Source: an uncultured archaeon
GTDB taxonomy: Archaea; Asgardarchaeota; Lokiarchaeia; Sigyniarchaeales; SOKP01
NCBI GenBank assembly: GCA_964486045.1
Contig: CAZALK010000019.1
Location: 28,976-92,975, forward strand
Length of the DNA stretch: 64,000 nucleotides
Direction of reading: 5' to 3'
A model generated the notes under the pieces. It did not search any database, was not told the origin of the DNA, and saw only the letters and a list, made by a program, of their open reading frames with translations. This document shows, in pieces, positions 50,560 to 61,072 of the stretch (positions are counted from its first letter, which is position 1; each line of letters begins with the position of its first letter). The position numbers were made by a program, and so were the translations under genes.

Positions 50560-51513
50560 TTAAGGTTTCATTAACTCGTCCCCACCAGCAGCACCTTCAC
50601 GTTTTGAAGGCAAATCCTTCATTAATTCTGGAAATCTCTCCGCTAAGATTTGAGGAGTAAAAGGTTTCCAATTATTTGATATTTTCTTTACAGCTCGCCA
50701 ACCTCTATAGACCCAGACTTTATCAGCTATGCATCGAAATACTTCCCCATTGATACCTTTAGCTTCGTCAGTAGCAAGATATGCCACCAGTGGTGCAAAG
50801 TGTGAAGGATTAAAGATGTCAAAACCATCAGCGGTTTTAGATTTAAACATTTCACTCATTCTAGGAGTTAAATCAGTTGTCATCCGGGTTCTAGCACTTG
50901 GTACAACACAATTTACAGTTGCGTATTTCGTAAGTTCTCGAGAAATTATTACTGTGAATGTTGCAATACCCGATTTAGCAGCACCATAATTTGATTGTCC
51001 TACGTTTCCATAGAGCCCAGAATCAGAAGCGGTATTAATAATTCTACCAAAATTTCCTAATGACTCATCAGATTTGCCTTTTTCCCTAAAATAAGCGGCA
51101 GCATGCCGAGTAAGATTAAAAGTACCTTTTAAATGAACAGCTATTACTAAATCGAACTCTGCTTCAGTCATATTAAAGATCATTCTATCTCTTAAGACTC
51201 CAGCATTATTCACGACAATATCAAGTTTTCCAAACTCAGCAATTGCTTGATCTATCATACCTTTTGTCTTATTATAGTCAACCACGGAGTCGTAATTAGC
51301 GATAGCTTTCACTCCAAGAGCTTTACATTCCTCTACAACAGAGTCGGCGATCTTGGTATCCTCTTCCACATGACTTGCACCACCACCTAAATCATTAATG
51401 ACTAGATTACAACCTTCTTTTGCCATTGCCAAGGCTTCTTCCCGACCTACACCACGGCCTGAACCTGTTATTAAAGCTACTTTACCATCTAACATTCCCA
51501 TATTTATAATCAC
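50560..51513 (-). CDS. SDR, HSD17B4/MFE-2-like 3-hydroxyacyl-CoA dehydrogenase
   Basis: TGSGRGVGRE, VINDLG, NNAGVLRD, VHLKG, SGLYGNVGQSNYGAAK. Confidence 0.9.
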   Translation of the reverse strand: MIINMGMLDGKVALITGSGRGVGREEALAMAKEGCNLVINDLGGGASHVEEDTKIADSVVEECKALGVKAIANYDSVVDYNKTKGMIDQAIAEFGKLDIVVNNAGVLRDRMIFNMTEAEFDLVIAVHLKGTFNLTRHAAAYFREKGKSDESLGNFGRIINTASDSGLYGNVGQSNYGAAKSGIATFTVIISRELTKYATVNCVVPSARTRMTTDLTPRMSEMFKSKTADGFDIFNPSHFAPLVAYLATDEAKGINGEVFRCIADKVWVYRGWRAVKKISNNWKPFTPQILAERFPELMKDLPSKREGAAGGDELMKP

Positions 51514-51602
51514 TTTCTTTTTTTATTATCACTTTCTTTTGTTGAAAATCATTTTAGGTTAAAAAATTAACCTTTTACTTTAAATTTTTCATATTTTTAA
51601 AC

Positions 51603-52403
51603 TTAAATACCAGCATTGATTGTAATCCCACCATCAAGAAGGATTTTTGCACCTGAAATATAACTTCCTGCTTTTGACGCAAGGAAAACAACTGTTCCTT
51701 TAATATCATCTCTATTTCCAAATCTATTTAATGGAGTTAGATTCAATAAAGGAACTCCAACCATTTTAAACATCGGACTGTTTTTATCTTGGAGGAATTC
51801 CATCATTCCTTCCTCCATGTCACCGGGAAGGAGTGCATTAATCCTAATATTATATTTTCCCCACTCAACAGCTAATGATCTTGTCATTCCAATAACCCCA
51901 ACTTTTGATGTTGCATACGCTGTCATGCCACTTGAGAACCCGACCTGACCATTTAAGCTCGAGATGTTAATAATACTCCCACTTTTTTGCTTTATCATCA
52001 TTTTTCCAATTTCACGACAGCACAAAAAAGTTCCTGTTATGTTTGTATCAATAATTTTTTTCCATCGTTCTAAGGTATATGTTTGAGACTGCCCCATATC
52101 AGATACTCCTGCATTATTTACAAGAATATCACATTTACCATAATGTTCCTTCATTGTTGTTGCCATTTTATTTACATCATCTTCACTTGTGACATCACAC
52201 TTAATAGAGATACAATCTCCTCCTATCTTTCTTAGTTTTTCTACAGCATCATGTAGTTTGCCATGGATATTTCTTCCACAAATTGCTATATCTGCTCCTG
52301 ATTCAGCTAATCCTTCAGCTGAAAAGTATCCTAATCCTTTTCCACCACCAGTTACTAAAGCAACCTTCCCATCAAGGTTAAATAAATCTGATATATGCGT
52401 CAT
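51603..52403 (-). CDS. SDR oxidoreductase (gluconate 5-DH / KduD-like)
   Basis: TGGGKGLG, NNAG, YATSK, DGG. Confidence 0.9.
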   Translation of the reverse strand: MTHISDLFNLDGKVALVTGGGKGLGYFSAEGLAESGADIAICGRNIHGKLHDAVEKLRKIGGDCISIKCDVTSEDDVNKMATTMKEHYGKCDILVNNAGVSDMGQSQTYTLERWKKIIDTNITGTFLCCREIGKMMIKQKSGSIINISSLNGQVGFSSGMTAYATSKVGVIGMTRSLAVEWGKYNIRINALLPGDMEEGMMEFLQDKNSPMFKMVGVPLLNLTPLNRFGNRDDIKGTVVFLASKAGSYISGAKILLDGGITINAGI

Positions 52404-52607
52404 AAAATCATCTTAGGAAGGATACTATTAAAAAATTTGGTATATAAGAAAAAAAAAATAAAACGATTCTATGTACAGAGAACGAAAAACATTAATCTAT
52501 GAATTTGTCATACAATTCAAAGAACCAACACAGAAGACTTCATTAATCTCCCCGGAATCAGTAAGATCTGCTGTTAAAACAGCATATTCTAATACTCTCT
52601 TAGAGAT

Positions 52608-54119
52608 CTAACTTATTAACAAATTCTGTTGTTTTTCTATACTCTTGTAGGGTAAAGAAAAGTAGAAAGTACTACCTTTATCTCTTCCCTCTGATTCTAC
52701 CCAAATATTTCCACCATGTAACTTTAAAATTTTTTTTGAAACATATAAACCTAAGCCAGTTCCATCGATTAATACATCTAATTTTTTTCCATATCTCTCA
52801 ATTTTTCCAAATTTTTTGAATAATCGATCTTTTTCATCTACTGTAATCCCCACTCCATTATCTTGTATCGAAACAATAATTGTTGAATCCTTTATTTCTG
52901 ATTTTATCTTTATTTTTCCACCCTTTGGAGTATTATTTATGGCGTTACTTAATAAATTAGATATGACTTCATATATTTCTTCTTTTACAAATTCTCCATA
53001 AAGGTCTTCATCAATATCTAATTTTAGTGAATGATTTCTTAGTTGTAGTAAAGAACTTAAATCTCTTATGCATTTGTTAATAAGAAAAGATAGATTTTCT
53101 GTTTTGGGATTGAGGGTATAACTAGGAGAATCTAAATGAGAAGTTATTAATAATTTTTCAATTTTATCTTGCAATCTTTCGTATCCTCTCTCCATTTCTT
53201 CCAACCATACAATTGTATCTGAGTTTAATTCTTGTCTTTTTTGGTTTAACATAAGATCAAGATACCCTTTCATCACAACTAAAGGTGTTTTCAATTCATG
53301 AGATACTCTGTTTAAAAATTCAGTTTTTAGGCTACTAATTTCTCTTAATTTTTGTTCAACTTGTTTCAATCTTGTTATATCATGAAGAATAACTAATATC
53401 GATTTACCCCCATCTGGATTATTTAAGGAAGTTCCAACAAAATCAAAGGTCTTTTGAATATTTTTTAAATTGAATTCCTCTCTAACAATATTTCCTGATA
53501 AAATGTTGTTTTTTTTACAATTAGGACAATAGCTTGATCTATCAAATAAATATTGAAAGCATTTTTTTCCTTCATAGCTACCAAATTCCTTGATAAACGC
53601 GGGATTTACATACTCAATATCATAATGTCCGTTGATTATTAAAACCCCATCTTGAAGTGACTCAAGAATATTCATCAGATTATCACGTTCATTCTTATAT
53701 TTTTCTTCAGATTTTTTTAATTTTTTCTCTATTTTAAATCGTTCAATAGCATATAAAATTGAACGGGATAAAACCACCTTATCTAATTCACCTTTAACCA
53801 AGTAATCCTGAGCTCCTTTTTTAACTGAAGCAATCCCATGTTCTTCATCATCCAAACCTGTTAAGATAATTATTGGAATGTTAAGATTTTTGTCTAAAAG
53901 TGTAGACAATGATTCAGTTTTCTTACTATCAGGTAGGGATAAATCTAATAAAATTAAATCAAATGGGGTTCTTTCAAGTAGATTAATTGCTTCAGTAAGC
54001 CTTACACTAAATTTTAAGTTAAAAACAAAATTCTTAATATTTTTAAGGTACTCTTCAATTATGCGAGCATCACCGATATTGTCTTCAATCACTAGTAAAC
54101 CTATGCTTTTGGATATCAT
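52608..54119 (-). CDS. Hybrid REC-PAS-histidine kinase
   Basis: IEDN..LLDLSLPD..DYLVK receiver; SHELKTPL; NLLSNA, DNGVG, GTGLGL. Confidence 0.93.
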   Translation of the reverse strand: MISKSIGLLVIEDNIGDARIIEEYLKNIKNFVFNLKFSVRLTEAINLLERTPFDLILLDLSLPDSKKTESLSTLLDKNLNIPIIILTGLDDEEHGIASVKKGAQDYLVKGELDKVVLSRSILYAIERFKIEKKLKKSEEKYKNERDNLMNILESLQDGVLIINGHYDIEYVNPAFIKEFGSYEGKKCFQYLFDRSSYCPNCKKNNILSGNIVREEFNLKNIQKTFDFVGTSLNNPDGGKSILVILHDITRLKQVEQKLREISSLKTEFLNRVSHELKTPLVVMKGYLDLMLNQKRQELNSDTIVWLEEMERGYERLQDKIEKLLITSHLDSPSYTLNPKTENLSFLINKCIRDLSSLLQLRNHSLKLDIDEDLYGEFVKEEIYEVISNLLSNAINNTPKGGKIKIKSEIKDSTIIVSIQDNGVGITVDEKDRLFKKFGKIERYGKKLDVLIDGTGLGLYVSKKILKLHGGNIWVESEGRDKGSTFYFSLPYKSIEKQQNLLIS

Positions 54120-54316
54120 ATTTTGAGTAGGAAATCCTTTAATTTATGTGTTTTTTTCGAAAAATTTGATTATAATAAAGATTCATCTTTTGTGATATAA
54201 AAAATAGTTACAAGAATGTGAATTCATAATGGGAGCAAGAATTTATAATATTTCGTTTTTTGAATTTTATTGTTAAAATGATTTTTCTATAAAACTTAGG
54301 TTATTAAAAGTAAATA

Positions 54317-54772
54317 TCATTTACCAGTACCATTTGGTAATTTTACTATTGTAAACCAAAAATTTTCAATAGACAAAATTACTTTAAGAAATTGATTTAA
54401 ATCAAGGGGTTTTGTTATATAACAATTAGCATATAAATTGTAAGATTTTAAAATATCTTCTTCTGCTTCAGATATAGTAAGGACAACAACAGGAATTCTT
54501 TTCAGGTCATTATCTTTCTTGATTTCAGCCAAAACTTCACGACCGTCTTTTTTAGGCAAGTTTAAATCAAGGAGAATTAGATCTGGACGAGGTTTTTCTG
54601 AAAATTTGCCTTCTTTTTTTAAAAAAGCTAATGCTTCTTCACCGTCCATAGCTATATGTAAATTATTGGAGATTTTACTATCCTTCAGCGCTTCTTGTGT
54701 TAAACGGATATCTCCGGGACTATCTTCTACTAGTAAAATTTCTACAACTTTAAATTCTTCACTTAAATCCAT
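54317..54772 (-). CDS. Single-domain response regulator (Rcp1-like)
   Basis: [36 protein letters not shown]. Confidence 0.95.
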   Translation of the reverse strand: MDLSEEFKVVEILLVEDSPGDIRLTQEALKDSKISNNLHIAMDGEEALAFLKKEGKFSEKPRPDLILLDLNLPKKDGREVLAEIKKDNDLKRIPVVVLTISEAEEDILKSYNLYANCYITKPLDLNQFLKVILSIENFWFTIVKLPNGTGK

Positions 54773-54906
54773 AATTTCACTTAATTAAATATAATATATA
54801 TTATTTTTTTTTTTAATGTAATATATACTATATTTTTGGCAGTAAAGTGCGTAATTAATGAATCTGAAATTATTTTCACATATTGTGACATTTTTTAATT
54901 ACTTGA

Positions 54907-57027
54907 TCACAATTTTTTAAGAGGAATTACAAATTTAAAAGTAGAACCCCTTCCAACTTCAGATTCAACCCAAATACGACCATTTAATCTCTCCATAATT
55001 CTTTTACAAATAGCTAAACCAATACCAGAACCAGGATATTCATCTCTATTATGTAGACGTTGGAAAATAGTGAAGATTTTTTTAAAAAATCTTTGATCAA
55101 TCCCAATCCCATTATCCTTAACTGAAAAAATCCACTTGTTTTTTGTTTGTTGAGCCGAAATATGCACTTGGGGTAGTTCTTTACTTCGAAATCTTAAAGC
55201 ATTACTAATTAAGTTTTGAAATAATTGCATTAAATGTGTTCTATCTGCAAATAAACTTGGCATTTCACCATAAGTTATTTTTGCACTCGTTTCTTTAATT
55301 TTTATTTGTAAATTCAAGATTATATCTTCTAAAACATGCTCTAAATTAACTATTTTAAAGGGTTCTCCACGGGTTGTTATTCTTGAATAAGCTAAAAGGT
55401 CGTTAATAAGCGTTTGCATCCTACGAGCACCATCAACTGCGTAGTTGATAAAATCATTTGCATCATCATCAAGTTTATCTTTATATTTCTTTGCTAAAAG
55501 TTGTGTAAAACTTATTACCATTCGTAAAGGTTCTTGTAAGTCATGAGAAGCAACATAAGCAAACTGCTGTAATTCTCGATTTAAACCTTTTATGTTCTCC
55601 AATTTGTTGTTTAGTTCTAGTTCTGCTTCCTTTTTTTCGATAATTATTTTTAAACGGTATCCAATATCATCAATTAAAGATCTTTCTTCTTCAAGAAAAG
55701 GCTTATCTTCAAAATAGTAGACCTCAATCTCCATCAATTTTTCATTTACAATTACACTAGAAGACAATTTCCATTCAGTTTCTTTGAAATTATTTGTTTT
55801 AAACTCTGTATTATCAAAATTTATTCTTGCACATGTTATTTCTGGAAATTGCCATGCAGGGGGGATCAAATCTAGGGTCCCTAGTAGTATTGCTTCTTGT
55901 GATATTTCTGGTTTCTCAATAAGCTTAGACAATTCATATAAACAAGTTATTTCTTTAACTCTCTCCATAAGATCACGTTGAGCTTCTTTTAATTTATCTT
56001 TAACTCTTCTTTGTGCGTTGATCAAATATTGGCTGAATATACCAGCAAATATCATTAAACTGATTGGGATTAGATGCACAAAAAGCTCGTGAGGATCAAT
56101 TGTAAATATATCTTGAAAGAGGAACTCAGTAGTAAGGAAGATATAGTTGTCAAGTAATCCCTCTATAAGTAAATAAAAAGCTGAAAAAACAAAACTTAAA
56201 ATTACAGAAATATTATTTTTTACAATGCTAAGTTTTTCTTTTGATTGTCTTCCTGTTTTCTTTATATCAGTTATATCACGTAAAATCGATTTAAGATAAT
56301 ATTTACCGCTCATTTTTATTGATTTGGCATTTACTAATATATCTCTAATTTCACCATTTTTTCTTATGTACTGTGTTTCAAAAATGGCTGAGCCGTTTCT
56401 AATAACTTTATCGATGTGGGCTGAGTATTCTTTAGAATTTTCCATGAGATCAAAATCGGGAATTCTTAAGGTTTTAAATTCCTCACGCGTATAACCAAGA
56501 TTTTCATTCATTTGATCATTAAAATCAACGATGTCTTCTGTTTCTGCATCAATGAGTATAATTGCATCAGCAGCTTGTTCAAATAATAATTTATATTTTT
56601 TTTCTGTATCCTTTGAAGTTTGTTCCGCATTCTTGCGCTCGGTGATGTCTATTGCATATTCGATCAACTGAACGACATTCCCATCTTCATCCAAAAGTGG
56701 ATAAGTTTGAATTTCATAAAATCTGGCATTTTCCTCTTTATCATAATGTACATGTTCTACTGTACAAGATTTTTTAGTTTTTATCACTTCTGTAAGAGGA
56801 CATACACATGGATATTCGCACGGTTTATCACGATTGTGAGCAAGGCTGTAGCAAAATAATTTATTGTCGAAAACCTCAGAAGAACCCGTAGAATTAGCTA
56901 ATTTAATCGTATAATCCCCAACATTTATTACTAAGAAGGGATGCGGAAGTGATTCTATAATGTTGTTAAGAAATACATTTTGTTTTCTAAACTTTTCTTC
57001 AGTTTCTCTTAATTTTTGTTCTGACAA
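54907..57027 (-). CDS. PAS-PAS-2TM-histidine kinase (Cph1-type HisKA)
   Basis: FAYVASHDLQEPLR, QLFQNLISNA, FQRLH, GSGIGLAIC. Confidence 0.93.
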   Translation of the reverse strand: MSEQKLRETEEKFRKQNVFLNNIIESLPHPFLVINVGDYTIKLANSTGSSEVFDNKLFCYSLAHNRDKPCEYPCVCPLTEVIKTKKSCTVEHVHYDKEENARFYEIQTYPLLDEDGNVVQLIEYAIDITERKNAEQTSKDTEKKYKLLFEQAADAIILIDAETEDIVDFNDQMNENLGYTREEFKTLRIPDFDLMENSKEYSAHIDKVIRNGSAIFETQYIRKNGEIRDILVNAKSIKMSGKYYLKSILRDITDIKKTGRQSKEKLSIVKNNISVILSFVFSAFYLLIEGLLDNYIFLTTEFLFQDIFTIDPHELFVHLIPISLMIFAGIFSQYLINAQRRVKDKLKEAQRDLMERVKEITCLYELSKLIEKPEISQEAILLGTLDLIPPAWQFPEITCARINFDNTEFKTNNFKETEWKLSSSVIVNEKLMEIEVYYFEDKPFLEEERSLIDDIGYRLKIIIEKKEAELELNNKLENIKGLNRELQQFAYVASHDLQEPLRMVISFTQLLAKKYKDKLDDDANDFINYAVDGARRMQTLINDLLAYSRITTRGEPFKIVNLEHVLEDIILNLQIKIKETSAKITYGEMPSLFADRTHLMQLFQNLISNALRFRSKELPQVHISAQQTKNKWIFSVKDNGIGIDQRFFKKIFTIFQRLHNRDEYPGSGIGLAICKRIMERLNGRIWVESEVGRGSTFKFVIPLKKL

Positions 57028-57297
57028 ATTTAATCTTACTCTTTTAATTCTTGAAAATTTAACTCCTTTGAAGGATTAAATGAACAGAATTTAATAAATT
57101 AATAAATAATAATATAAAAACAACCCCGATTTTATATACTTTTGTCAAATTTGATGCTTTAGCTATTTTTCATGAAGATGCGAATAGAATAAATAAATTT
57201 GATATATTTAGGTTTAATTCAAAACTGTATTTTTGATATAAGATAGAAAAAAAAATGAATAAAACGTTTCTAATTAAAGATATCTAAATGTGTTTAT

Positions 57298-58575
57298 TTA
57301 TGCATCAAGATTTTCTATCAAGGTTGCGACACCTTGACCTCCACCGACACAAGCATTTGCTATACCGTATTTAGCTTTCTTATCCTTTAAGATTCTTGCT
57401 AAAGTTCCGGTAAGTCGTACCATTGTTGCTGCTAATGGATGGCCAATCGCAGTAGAACCGCCCATTACATTAACCTTTTCCATTGGAATACCAAGTTTAT
57501 CCATACAATTTAAAGCCACAATACAGAATGCTTCATTAATCTCCCAATAATCAATGTCATCTGCAGTTAAACCAGCATATTCCAAAGCTTTTTTAGATGC
57601 GGGTACTGGTCCTCGTCCCATTGTTGAGGGGTGTACTCCTGCCCAACCAATTGATACTATTCTAGCCATGGGTTCAAGTCCTCTTTGTTTTGCTTCCTCT
57701 GCTTCCATTAAACATGCAGCAGTAGCTCCTGCATTTAAGGGAGAGGAAGTGCCTACAGTTATAACACCCTCTTCTGTTCCCTCTCTTTTTACATAACCAT
57801 CTTTGCCCCCATTCTTTTCCAAGTAAAACGGTCTAGATAATCTAGGTAATTTCGCATGACTTTCCATACTAGATTTTCGCACATTCATGTCTTTATCAAC
57901 TATCATCGGAGTATTAACATCTCCTGCTACATGCCCTTCAATCGGAATTATTTCACCTTTAAACCACCCAGCTTCATGAGACGCAAGAGCTAAGTTATGA
58001 CTTCTTACACCCAGTGTATCCATATCTTCTTTAGTAAAAATTGGCACTTCTTCCTCATACAGTTTTTGAGCTGTTTGTAGCATATTAAAAGATGTTCGCA
58101 TTTCATATTCTGGATGATAAAATTTACTATTTTTATCCATCATTTTTAAGCTGGGCGAGGTTCCTACGCCCCTAATTCTTGTCATGTGCTCAAATCCGGT
58201 GGAAAGTACAGCTTTACTATTACCGGTCATCAATTCCATTATCCCAATATGCATCCCCGAACCAGCAGATCCACACTGCCTATCTATTGAGAATGAAGGT
58301 ACCCTCACCGGAAAACCAGCTAAAAAAAGAGGAGTCCGACCACCATACGTCCAGTTCTCTAAAACACCCGCAGCGACACCTACCGAAACTTCATCAATGT
58401 CACCTTTCTGTATGCCTTTATCCGCCAAACTATTATCAAAAAACTTTACCAACAACTCAGCAAGTAGCTCATCCCCTCTTATCTCACCGAACACATCCCT
58501 TTCTGGTTGCTTTCCCCTTGAACGAGAAAAAGCAGTTCGGGCGTAATCAATCAACCATACTTCATTCAAATTCAT
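57298..58575 (-). CDS. Thiolase (acetyl-CoA C-acyltransferase)
   Basis: DRQCGS, NEAF, GHPLAAT, CVGGGQG. Confidence 0.94.
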   Translation of the reverse strand: MNLNEVWLIDYARTAFSRSRGKQPERDVFGEIRGDELLAELLVKFFDNSLADKGIQKGDIDEVSVGVAAGVLENWTYGGRTPLFLAGFPVRVPSFSIDRQCGSAGSGMHIGIMELMTGNSKAVLSTGFEHMTRIRGVGTSPSLKMMDKNSKFYHPEYEMRTSFNMLQTAQKLYEEEVPIFTKEDMDTLGVRSHNLALASHEAGWFKGEIIPIEGHVAGDVNTPMIVDKDMNVRKSSMESHAKLPRLSRPFYLEKNGGKDGYVKREGTEEGVITVGTSSPLNAGATAACLMEAEEAKQRGLEPMARIVSIGWAGVHPSTMGRGPVPASKKALEYAGLTADDIDYWEINEAFCIVALNCMDKLGIPMEKVNVMGGSTAIGHPLAATMVRLTGTLARILKDKKAKYGIANACVGGGQGVATLIENLDA

Positions 58576-58772
58576 ATCATTTTCACACTTTATAATATAT
58601 ATTGTAGGATGAAGTCTTTCATTAAAATTAAGGTTTTTTTATATATTTTCTATCAGACCTTAAAAATGTCACAGATCTTTATCTTAGATGTAACACAAAC
58701 AATAAAGTGCATTAAGCAGTAAACTTATATCTCGGTCCTGAGGATTTGTTCTCAATTATTAAAATAAAAAAA

Positions 58773-59681
58773 TTAGAAGATTAATTTCCCTTCAATATAT
58801 TTTGAGATTGATTTAAAAGAAGTTATAAACTCGTCTAACTCAAACACATCTGTTATCTTATTAGCCCATACGTTGCTATAAGCGAAGTTGTATTTAATCT
58901 TTTCATCGAATTTCTTAAGAAGTAGGTAGGCGACCAATTCAGCTAGAATTTCGTTTTTAGCGTAATCTTTTGAAATATGCCCAGCTATTCCCAGCAATGA
59001 GATAGAGATATGATGCCCGGTTTCATGTAGAAGACTGTGAGAAGATTTCTCATAAAGGATTATGTTGTGAGAAAGTGGATCATATGCCCCTTTTAGCCTT
59101 TGGGACTTGAAATCCTCTTCTATTTTTATCTTAGGAAAATTGGTTGCAACAAAGTTAAAGGCTGTGCTATAATCGATCTCGGAGTTTTGCATAATTTTTT
59201 CGTCAATTTGCTTTTGTTCTTCTATATAATTTTGATACTCCGTTGTCTGCCACATATCAAAAACGTTACCTACTTTAAAGAAGTTTATCGTCTTCTGCTT
59301 TTCCTCTTCTTCTGGTTTACTCTCCATTTCTTTTTGAACTTTTCCAAACATTGGGATTAGAATTTGATACGATTTTGAGTTTTTTAGGATTTGTATGTCT
59401 TGTTTTTTCCAGTTTTGAAATCCGTTAAGAATTCCAACAAATTTGTTGTCTCCTCTTCTTTCTGCTTGAGCCAACACTAAACAAGTATTTCTTAAGCTAT
59501 ATTGGTGCATTTGCTTGTAATTTGCGACAATTCCAATAAAATCTTTAATGGTTTTTTTCTCCATAAATTGTTTATAGAGGTCTTCAAGGTCTTGTTTTTG
59601 TGCTTCCTTCTTTGTCTTGTACTGTTCTTTTTGTTCGGGTGTGAATGTTCTTTTTCCTTTGGTCTTGCTTTGTGCTATCAT
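58773..59681 (-). CDS. ArdC-like protein (ssDNA-binding N-domain + zincin-like HExxH domain)
   Basis: YSLRNTCLV..GFQNWKK..ILIP..FFKVGNVFD..QT; GAYDP; LLHETGH; EILAELVAY. Confidence 0.8.
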   Translation of the reverse strand: MIAQSKTKGKRTFTPEQKEQYKTKKEAQKQDLEDLYKQFMEKKTIKDFIGIVANYKQMHQYSLRNTCLVLAQAERRGDNKFVGILNGFQNWKKQDIQILKNSKSYQILIPMFGKVQKEMESKPEEEEKQKTINFFKVGNVFDMWQTTEYQNYIEEQKQIDEKIMQNSEIDYSTAFNFVATNFPKIKIEEDFKSQRLKGAYDPLSHNIILYEKSSHSLLHETGHHISISLLGIAGHISKDYAKNEILAELVAYLLLKKFDEKIKYNFAYSNVWANKITDVFELDEFITSFKSISKYIEGKLIF

Positions 59682-59816
59682 GAGGATAAGAAATTAAATA
59701 TCACTAATATTTGTGAAGGGACAGAGGAATTAATAATGCATCCCCTTTATAAATCCTTAATTTAATAATCTGTTTCTCTCCTCTCATTAAAATAGGCTTC
59801 TTGCTGTTAAATATAC

Positions 59817-59984
59817 ATGACTGCCAATAATAAAGGATGTGGAATAAGCTTTACTGCTAAAAATGGGAATTCAATTAGTTCTTGCTATGATAATCCGAAG
59901 ACTTTAGAAATTGATTTGAAAGCGTTTTCTTCTGAGGTTATCGATAACAAGACTCAAAAGAAAATTGATGAATTCCTATCCTAA
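59817..59984 (+). CDS. Small hypothetical protein (55 aa, not in ORF track)
   Basis: MTANNKGCGISFTAKNGNSISSCYDNPKTLEIDLKAFSSEVIDNKTQKKIDEFLS*. Confidence 0.5.
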   Translation: MTANNKGCGISFTAKNGNSISSCYDNPKTLEIDLKAFSSEVIDNKTQKKIDEFLS

Positions 59985-60052
59985 CTTCCTATAACAAAAT
60001 AATTTAAAAGAAAATTGATGAATTCCTATCCTAACTTCCTATAACAAAATAA
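59956..60052. repeat. Perfect 47-bp direct repeat (59956-60002, 60006-60052)
   Basis: AAAAGAAAATTGATGAATTCCTATCCTAACTTCCTATAACAAAATAA twice, period 50. Confidence 0.95.
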
Positions 60053-60071
60053 AACCCTAAGTGATAAAACA

Positions 60072-60251
60072 ATGAGCTTAAACATAAACCCAAAAAAGTT
60101 AGTAGAAAGACAATTAAGCAAATATCATTATGAAAAACGATTAAGCAAAGCTGAAAAGATTAAGATTGTCTTCTCTAATATGGAATTTAATATTAGAATG
60201 TATGAGAAACATAAAAAGCGTAAAAAAATAGATACGATAAGAAAGAATTAA
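60072..60251 (+). CDS. Small basic hypothetical protein (59 aa, not in ORF track)
   Basis: MSLNINPKKLVERQLSKYHYEKRLSKAEKIKIVFSNMEFNIRMYEKHKKRKKIDTIRKN*. Confidence 0.45.
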   Translation: MSLNINPKKLVERQLSKYHYEKRLSKAEKIKIVFSNMEFNIRMYEKHKKRKKIDTIRKN

Positions 60252-61072
60252 ATTATAATCAGTGGACTTTAATATCTCAAATTGAATCTATTAAGAACAA
60301 AAAGTAACTTCCTTTTTCTTTTTTTTTCCTTCCTGTACTAATGCCAAAAATCTTTGTTCAAAGCATGAAACAGAAACAAAATGATAAAATCCCTTATAAT
60401 ACCAAGTTTAAAGAAGAACATGGGGGATTTAATATAGAATGATGTTCCCGTTTTTCTTCTCCCATTTAATATTAATTCTAAGTTTATTAGGTAGTGAACT
60501 AATTTCATAAAAAGGGAGAAAAACCACAAAAAAAGAGAAATTTGAAAATCTTAGTTATGATGTGCTTTTGATTGAAATGCTGTCTTAAAGCGTGAGAGGA
60601 TCACAGAAGTAAATTCATAAATTCTTTATTAGGTGCATTAGGAAATTAAAAAATGTAGAAATAAAAAAAAATTAGTTATTGGTGGGTGAATTCATTCATA
60701 TATTGTATTTAATGTATGAATTCCAATCTTTTATGAAACATTGCTCATCTGCGTGGTAAGCTTCTTCGAGACGTACCTGGTCAGATTTTTTTCAGTTTAT
60801 TTTGGAAAAAAAAAATGTAGAAGATTATAAAAATTCAGAGAAGCTTTAAAACCAATCTCAACAAACCTATATAAAGAAAAACAGTTTTAATTAGACTCTA
60901 TATTTACATTTTTTTATTTAAATATTCAGAGCATGAAACTTTAGATAAGGTAATAATAAAAACCTTAAAAGTGACTATCACCACTAAAAAAACTGTGGAG
61001 GGATATGGCTTAAAACATGAGTGATAATAAAGGTATTATACTAAAATATCTTACTTAAAATAGGGGATAATA

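Noticed and set aside
52471-52611. 46-aa + strand ORF, or readthrough of the kinase TAG on the - strand
   Set aside because: Neither peptide shows a convincing motif; faint SDR-like ADLTD is too weak
59956-60052. CRISPR array
   Set aside because: Only two copies separated by 3 bp; no spacers and no cas genes
60338-60529. 63-aa minus-strand ORF
   Set aside because: Low-complexity product of T-rich DNA; no supporting features
60745-60790. tRNA or tRNA fragment (TTCGAG)
   Set aside because: No cloverleaf, T-stem or acceptor stem can be built
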